A stretch of DNA of 64,000 bases from positions 64,001-128,000 of the forward strand of contig CAWHDZ010000003.1 in the NCBI GenBank assembly GCA_963828255.1, read 5' to 3'. Source of the stretch: an uncultured delta proteobacterium (GTDB lineage Bacteria; Myxococcota; Myxococcia; Myxococcales; Anaeromyxobacteraceae). The notes beneath the pieces are model-generated. The model did no database searches. It worked only from the letters and a program-made list of their open reading frames with translations, and had not been told where the DNA came from. Numbering within the stretch: the first letter of the stretch is position 1; each line of letters opens with the position of its first letter. This document shows, piece after piece, positions 58,735-64,000 of this stretch. The position numbers and the translations under genes were made by a program.

Positions 58735-60417
58735 ATGCGAACCATCGCGCCGATCGTCGACTGGCTCCCCGCGTACCGACGCGCGTGGCTCTCGCGCGAC
58801 CTGGTGGCGGGCGCCGCCGCCTGGGCCGTGCTGGTGCCGCTGGGGCTCGCCTACGCCGGGATCCTCGGCGTCGACCCGGTGATCGGCCTGTACTCGCTCC
58901 CGCTGCCGCTCGTCGCCTACGCCGTGTTCGGCGGCTCCCGCCTCTTCGTCGTGGGGCCCGACGCCGCCGTGGTCGTGCTTGCCTCGGCGACGCTGGCCGC
59001 CGTCGCTGGGGGGGGAGACCGCCTCTCCCTGATCTTCCCCCTGACGCTCCTCGTCGGCGCGCTGTACCTGGTGTTCTTCCTGCTCAAGGTCGGATGGATC
59101 GCGGACGTCGTACCGGATCCCGTCCTGAAGGGATTCGTGGAGGGCGCCATCTGGATCACCATCGTCAAGCAGATCCCGGCGCTGCTGGGGCTCCAGGTCG
59201 AGCTGCCGTCCGGCGGCTTCCTGGACAAGCTTGTCGCGATCGGGCGGGCCCTCCCGGAGACGCACGGAACGACCGCCGTCGTCGCACTGTCGAGCGTGGC
59301 GGCGCTCTGGCTGCTCCGGCGCTTCGTGCGCCGGCTACCCGGACCGCTCGTCGTGCTGGCGGTGTCGGTCGTGCTCGTTCGGCTTCTCGGCCTCGACCGC
59401 GCAGGAGTTGCCGTCGTCGGCGACGCAGGAGCGGAAGCACCACGCCTCGGGTTGCCCACGGCCCTGGACCTCGGCAAGCTCGTCGACCTCGTCCCGGGTG
59501 CCCTGGCGATCGTCGTCCTCGGGTATACGAAGAGCCTGGGGGCCCTCCGGAAGGCGCACGAGAAGGACCCGAAGGGCGGGCCGATGGACCCCGACCAGGA
59601 ACTGCTCGCCCTGGGCGCCGCCAACCTCGCCGCCAGCCTGGGTGGCGGCTACGTGGTCGCCGGCTCGCTCACCGCCACGGCCGTCCGCATCGACGCGGGT
59701 GGCCGGACGCAGGTCGCGAGCCTCTTCGCCGCCCTGCTCGCCGCTCTCACGGCACTCCTGCTGCTGCCCCTCCTTGCACTCCTCCCGTACGCCACGCTCG
59801 CCGCCATCGTGGTCGTGGCCTTGGCCGGACTGTCGGACCCGGGCTACCTGCGCCGCCTATGGAAGGTCCGCCGCTACGAGTTCGCGGTGTGCCTCGCCGC
59901 CTTCGGCGGCGTCCTCGTGTTCGACATCATGCCCGGCGTGGTGATCGGTCTCGTCCTCGCCCTCTTCAAGCTCGCCCACGACATCCACGATCCGGTCGTT
60001 GCCGTGGTCGGGCGCAATCCGTCGGGCGCGTTCGTCGATCTCGACCAGAGGGGGAAGGCGGCCGAGATCCCGGGGATGCTCATCCTCCGGTGCTACGCCC
60101 CGCTCGTGTTCCTCAACGCGCGAGTGCTGACGAACCGGATGAAGAGCCTTGCCCTGGCGCGCGAGGGCCTGCAGGTCGTGGCGATCGATGCGACGGCATC
60201 GTCGGGGATCGACAGCACCGCCGCCGACGCGTTCCAGATCGCGCGGAACGAGCTCGCGGCGGCGGGAATCGCGCTGTGGCTCGTGAACGTCCGTGAGGAA
60301 GGCTGGAGGCTGGTGGTGGCCGCCCTGGAGGCGGCGGAAGCCCCGGTCCCGCCGACGTTCGAGTCGCTCGACGAGGCGGTGGCCCTGTTCGAGAAGTCCG
60401 GCGTCTCGGGCAGTTGA
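58735..60417 (+). CDS. SulP family anion transporter with STAS domain
   Basis: DLVAGAAAWAVLVPLGLAYA, VVGPD, DQELLALGAAN, APLVFLNA. Confidence 0.9.
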   Translation: MRTIAPIVDWLPAYRRAWLSRDLVAGAAAWAVLVPLGLAYAGILGVDPVIGLYSLPLPLVAYAVFGGSRLFVVGPDAAVVVLASATLAAVAGGGDRLSLIFPLTLLVGALYLVFFLLKVGWIADVVPDPVLKGFVEGAIWITIVKQIPALLGLQVELPSGGFLDKLVAIGRALPETHGTTAVVALSSVAALWLLRRFVRRLPGPLVVLAVSVVLVRLLGLDRAGVAVVGDAGAEAPRLGLPTALDLGKLVDLVPGALAIVVLGYTKSLGALRKAHEKDPKGGPMDPDQELLALGAANLAASLGGGYVVAGSLTATAVRIDAGGRTQVASLFAALLAALTALLLLPLLALLPYATLAAIVVVALAGLSDPGYLRRLWKVRRYEFAVCLAAFGGVLVFDIMPGVVIGLVLALFKLAHDIHDPVVAVVGRNPSGAFVDLDQRGKAAEIPGMLILRCYAPLVFLNARVLTNRMKSLALAREGLQVVAIDATASSGIDSTAADAFQIARNELAAAGIALWLVNVREEGWRLVVAALEAAEAPVPPTFESLDEAVALFEKSGVSGS

Positions 60418-60892
60418 CCACGTGGCGGGGGAGCCTGCGAAGCGGATCGCCGCCGGTGGTTCTCCACGCGCAGCCTGCGTCGGTTGGGTTCTCGGCGCGC
60501 GGTCGCGCGCGCATCGCCCGCGGCGACTCTCGCGGCGGCCATCGATCCGCGACCTAATGGGGCTCCCCTCCCTCTTCGAGGCCATCGGCCTGGAGGCCGA
60601 GCCGGTCGCGAGGTGGATGGCGGAAGCTCGCGCCGCGCTCGGGCCTCCCGCCGTGCCCGAGTACGACGCAACGAGCGGCGGTGGGGGCGGCGGAGGAGAG
60701 CCGCGCGACCAGTGATGCCGCCTGCCATGGACGGCCCAGCCCTCGGCGATCCGTTCCTGCGCAGATGACAACGTTACGTTTACATTGGCGCCGCTCCGGC
60801 CAAACGGAGCCATCGAAAGGTTCTCGGGGGACCCCGACGTCACCATCGACTGTAGCGCCAGAGTCTCCCCGGCCAACGAGGGGCGCAAATGG

Positions 60893-60929
60893 TTGCGCGC
60901 CCCAGGGCGACCGAGATACATTGTCTCTC
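60893..60929 (+). promoter_or_regulatory. Sigma70-like promoter and palindromic operator of the TA operon
   Basis: TTGCGC-18-TACATT; GAGA-TACATTG-TCTC inverted repeat over the -10; ATG 7 nt after the -10. Confidence 0.55.
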
Positions 60930-61196
60930 ATGGCCGCCACCACCACCATGGTTCATGTCCGGTTGAACGAGAAGGTCAAGGCGCGTGCCGAGAAGGCCCT
61001 CGGCGCCATGGGCCTCACCGTCTCCGATGCCGTCCGGGTCCTCCTCACTCGCGTCGCCGCGGAACAGGCGCTCCCTTTCGAAGTCAAGGTGCCCAACGCC
61101 AAGACCCGGGCGGCCATGGCGGAGGCGCGTCGAGGCGGGCTCAAGCGGTTCGCCTCCGTTGGCGACCTCATGGCCGACCTCAATGCGGACGATTGA
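60930..61196 (+). CDS. dinJ: RelB/DinJ family antitoxin
   Basis: VHVRLNEKVK...MGLTVSDAVRVLL...LPFEVKVPNAKTRAAMAE. Confidence 0.9.
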   Translation: MAATTTMVHVRLNEKVKARAEKALGAMGLTVSDAVRVLLTRVAAEQALPFEVKVPNAKTRAAMAEARRGGLKRFASVGDLMADLNADD

Positions 61197-61464
61197 GCGG
61201 ACCAAGGCGTTCCACCGAGACTGGAAGAAGGTCGGCTCCGGAGTCCACGGCAAGCGGGCGAGCGGCCTGCTTCAGGCCGTAGTTGCGCTGCTGGTGGAGG
61301 ACCGCCCTCTCCCCACCTCCAAACATGACCACCAACTCACCGGCGAGTGGGCCGACCACCGAGAATGCCACCTACGGCCAGACCTCCTGCTCATCTACCG
61401 GAAGCCGAACCCGGCGACCCTCCAGCTCGTCCGCCTCGGCTCGCATAGCGAGCTGTTCGGGTAG
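61183..61464 (+). CDS. yafQ: YafQ family mRNA interferase toxin
   Basis: DHQLTGEWADHRECHLRPDLLLIY...LVRLGSHSELF. Confidence 0.92.
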   Translation: MRTIERTKAFHRDWKKVGSGVHGKRASGLLQAVVALLVEDRPLPTSKHDHQLTGEWADHRECHLRPDLLLIYRKPNPATLQLVRLGSHSELFG

Positions 61465-61743
61465 CGCTCCCCGCGCCAGGGCCGTCGCCGGAATCCGGAT
61501 GGAGTTCGAGACCCTCAAAGTGGGCAACGCCCCGGCCTGGACCAGGCGGTACACCGTGGCCCGCGACACCCGGAGCCGGGCCGCAACTTCACGGACGGTC
61601 AGCAGCGGCCCCGCGGTGTCCCGCACCACTAATGCACCAAACGGCGTCGCAACCGGTGGAAGCGGTGCCACCGTATGCGAACCCGCGCCACCTGCGACCC
61701 CAGTGTTGTCCACGGGATACGAAGCCAGGTGACCCGGTACCAT
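61372..61743 (-). CDS. Excisionase-like HTH_17 at the right end of element 2, possibly the orphaned tail of a lost integrase
   Basis: LLTVREVAARLRVSRATVYRLVQAGALPTLRVSNSIRIP; frame open back through the att core; start uncertain. Confidence 0.65.
   Translation of the reverse strand: MVPGHLASYPVDNTGVAGGAGSHTVAPLPPVATPFGALVVRDTAGPLLTVREVAARLRVSRATVYRLVQAGALPTLRVSNSIRIPATALARGALPEQLAMRAEADELEGRRVRLPVDEQEVWP
61621..61642 (+). repeat. Putative arm-type site, right end of element 2
   Basis: Identical to 32081-32102. Confidence 0.7.
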
Positions 61744-61767
61744 GCCGTGCGGATCGGCATTCGGCCC

Positions 61768-61812
61768 TTCGGGACCAAGGGGTCGCAGGTTCAAATCCTG
61801 TCTCCCCGACCA
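61768..61812 (+). repeat. att core copy 3
   Basis: Exact 45-bp copy of the tRNA-Pro 3' part. Confidence 0.95.
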
Positions 61813-61818
61813 TGTACA

Positions 61819-61856
61819 GCGCCGTGATTCCTCAGGAATCACGGCGCATCTTTTTT
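61819..61856 (+). terminator. Intrinsic terminator after att copy 3
   Basis: Perfect 13-bp stem GCGCCGTGATTCC-TCA-GGAATCACGGCGC then ATCTTTTTT. Confidence 0.8.
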
Positions 61857-61990
61857 GGCGGACACCCTGTCCCGCACCACGAATGCACCAAACCAGCGCG
61901 GGATCGCCCGCCGTCGCCGCGCCAAGCCCGCGCGAAAACCCGCTTGAACATTGAGTTTCGCGGGCTGCTTCCGGCCGCGGTACCCCCGAC

Positions 61991-62016
61991 CACTTGTGCC
62001 AAAGCCAAGGGGTCGC
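61991..62016 (+). repeat. Secondary attB-like core with altered spacer, second copy
   Basis: CACTTGT-GCCAAAG-CCAAGGGGTCGC; spacer 126 bp from the arm repeat, as at 32200. Confidence 0.6.
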
Positions 62017-62252
62017 GGATCCTCGAAACTGAAGTGACTTCAAGGCGCTGGTCCCTGTTCGGGGAGGCGTAGGTGTTGGGGCTGCGGGCCCCAAATCGTG
62101 ATCGCCGAGTCGATCCGGCCGCACGTCACCTCCGCCCCACCTGCCGCAAGTTCTTCCCTCCGGCGGCACGCTGGCAGATGACTGGAATCCATCTGGCGCG
62201 GTGATGGAGGCGGGTGCCCTCGTCCTTGCCTCCGGTGCGGTCGACGCGTTCT

Positions 62253-63143
62253 TCAGGATCGCGAGAGGAGCACCACCGCCGCAACGGCGAGGGCGACGGC
62301 CAGGAGTTTCCTGCGTGTGGGCTTCTCCATTCCAGACCCCAGCGAGATCAGGAGCGCCACGACGAAGCTCATGTTCGCGATGGGGATCACCACGCTGGCC
62401 TCCCCTCGATCCACCGCGAGCATCAGGCTGCTCACGATCAAGAACACGAACGCTCCCGAGACCACCGAGTAGAGCACCTTCTCTCGCGTCACACGGAGGC
62501 GCCGCTCCTTGGCGAGGGCGTAGGCGCCGCCCCCGAAGATCCAGCTTGCCGAGACGCACAGGAGGAGCGGTGCAGGCGCGACGTGCAGCAGCATCGCCTT
62601 GCGCGTCACCACTCCGTAGGCGGCTCGCAGCAGGGCTGCGGCGACCACGGCGCCGAGAAGGAGACCGCTGCGCTGCCCACGTGCACCCCCGCCGGACGGG
62701 CGGGTCAGCAGCAGGACCGCCAGGACGCCGACGGCAATTCCCGTACCCTTCAGCGCCGTGATCCGCTCGCCGAGGAACAGGTAGGCGAACACCACCACGG
62801 CGAGCGTGTTGAGTCGGTATACGGTCGAGCCGAGGCTCAGATCGACGTGCCCGAAGCTCTCGAGCAGGAGAATGTTCGAGAGGACGAGAAGCCCCCCGGC
62901 GACGATCCCGAAAGCCAGCACCGTTGAATCGAGAGCGATCGTGCTTCCGCGCCACCAAAGCACCAGGAGTTGGAGCGTGGTCCAGACGATTCCCACGCCG
63001 AGCATGAGCATCCCGCGCGAGCGATCCCGGATGGCGTAGCGCTTGAACGCCACATCGTTGAGGCCAGCGAAGACAAGGCTCAGCAGCGCGAAGCCGACGC
63101 CGGGTCCGGCCAGTTGCGACAAGATTTGAAGGTCGTCGGCCAT
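62253..63143 (-). CDS. EamA/DMT family transporter
   Basis: About ten TM helices in two repeats; AYLFLGERIT, GEASVVIPIAN...GMEK. Confidence 0.85.
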   Translation of the reverse strand: MADDLQILSQLAGPGVGFALLSLVFAGLNDVAFKRYAIRDRSRGMLMLGVGIVWTTLQLLVLWWRGSTIALDSTVLAFGIVAGGLLVLSNILLLESFGHVDLSLGSTVYRLNTLAVVVFAYLFLGERITALKGTGIAVGVLAVLLLTRPSGGGARGQRSGLLLGAVVAAALLRAAYGVVTRKAMLLHVAPAPLLLCVSASWIFGGGAYALAKERRLRVTREKVLYSVVSGAFVFLIVSSLMLAVDRGEASVVIPIANMSFVVALLISLGSGMEKPTRRKLLAVALAVAAVVLLSRS

Positions 63144-63286
63144 CGCGGTGGGCGCGGATCATACGATCGACCCGAAGCCCGCGAGAAGGCGGGAGTCGCT
63201 CGAGGTGATGGTTGAGATCTTCAGCCCGGAGTTCCTGCCGGGCAAGAGCCCCTAGCCCCGGCCAATCCTCGGGTGAACCGACGTGG

Positions 63287-64000
63287 CTAATGCGCTTCCT
63301 TTCGGAGTTGCCGGGAACGGAGGTCGTCCTTGGTCCACTCGAATGGAAGCGCCTCCAGCGTTCCAGCCCGCCCGTTTCGCTCGGATCCGGCGAGCATATC
63401 GCCGAGGACGGCGGGGTGGGTGGCGTCGTCCTGGACGTCACCCATGGTGAGGCCGAAGGGATGCTCGATGAGGAGCGCCCGGGAGGGCTTGATACGCCGG
63501 GTGATGCTGGAGGAGAGGGTGAGGGACATCGTGCTCAATCCTTCCTCGTCGAGGATGCGCTGGACCGGTCCGACCGACTGGTTGCAGACAGGTCAAGCGC
63601 GGACGAGAAGCGCGAGGTCGACGTGGTTAGCCCGAAGGCGCCCGGCCACCTCCCTGGCGTTTTCCCGCAGCACGGTGGTCTCCGTGGCGTAGCCCACGAA
63701 GCGGTAGTTGTGGGGTGCGACGCCTCCTACCCGTCCCAGCGTCTCCAGGGAGCGAAGCGACCTGAGCGGGAAGACGACATCGATGTCCTCCATGGCGCGG
63801 CGCGTGTCCTAGCCCACGTGCGAGAGGGCGATCCGGGCCAGGTCGATGTCGCCAGGGAATTCCCGGTAGCTCGGGTCGCCCTCCTTCCGGCGCCGGAAGG
63901 GCTGCTGCTCGCCCGCGATGTACGCGCCAGCGGTGACGATGAGGGCCACGGTGGCCTTCGCGATCGTCGCCGGGAGCGGATTGACGTGGGACGGATCGTC
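63287..64000 (-). pseudogene. PrdB/GrdB-type reductase selenoprotein B gene, 5'-partial: UGA (Sec) at 63593-63595 and premature TAG at 63809-63811
   Basis: One frame reads VALIVTAG...GDPSYRE...SHVG*DTRRAMEDIDVVFP...LALLVRA-UGA-PVCNQSVG...KPSRAL...HPFG. Confidence 0.8.
63564..63582 (-). promoter_or_regulatory. Candidate bacterial SECIS hairpin
   Basis: ACCAGTC-GGTCG-GACCGGT starting 11 nt after the UGA; loop begins with G. Confidence 0.5.

Larger units (their letters stand above)
31966..61812. mobile_element. Element 2: integrase-less cargo island in tandem at tRNA-Pro
   Basis: Bounded by exact att copies; identical 22-bp CCGCACCACTAATGCACCAAAC near both ends; Xis-like HTH and TA pair at right end; several pseudogenes. 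Confidence 0.8.
61768..64000. mobile_element. Probable element 3, left part only
   Basis: Sequence after att copy 3 is homologous to the left end of element 2; right boundary not in the window. Confidence 0.55.

Noticed and set aside
61814..63441. Upstream part of the 689-aa minus-strand ORF as a real protein or integrase
   Set aside because: No tyrosine-recombinase motifs; overlaps the DMT gene in another frame. Only the HTH end is credible.
63809..63811. Pyrrolysine readthrough of the TAG
   Set aside because: The position looks like a conserved Tyr one substitution away; no pyl genes in the window.

Overview
High-GC myxobacterial (Anaeromyxobacter-like) DNA in two parts. 1-23.5 kb is conserved-looking chromosome: PilZ and DUF192 genes, gliding-motility homologues gltI/agmK and gltJ/agmX, a TIGR04552-like RelA/SpoT-fold protein, ffh, a lipase, tRNA-Leu(UAA), kdd, M61 peptidase, pepP and an NYN protein. 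From tRNA-Pro(CGG) (23516-23592) onward is a tandem array of elements integrated at that tRNA, whose 45-bp 3' part is repeated exactly at 31966-32010 and 61768-61812. Element 1 (about 8.4 kb) carries a tyrosine integrase whose frame runs through the att core, so excision would swap its C-terminus; it also carries Xis, a putative replication-relaxation protein, an RHH-like protein, VapBC and modA-TSUP-modBC. Element 2 (about 29.8 kb) has no integrase but keeps matching arm repeats at both ends and an Xis-like HTH; its cargo is a hemerythrin-GGDEF/PilZ pair, a sulfatase/anSME/SulP/outer-membrane cluster and DinJ-YafQ. A probable element 3 starts at 61813 with a DMT transporter and a PrdB/GrdB-type selenoprotein gene (UGA, SECIS-like hairpin, plus a TAG lesion). 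Most unusual: elements 2 and 3 open with a homologous non-coding leader of about 230 bp holding a terminator, a tandem GCACCA repeat and a second attB-like core with a different 7-nt spacer, at the position where element 1 has its integrase. All family calls are from motif recognition by eye; no searches were run.
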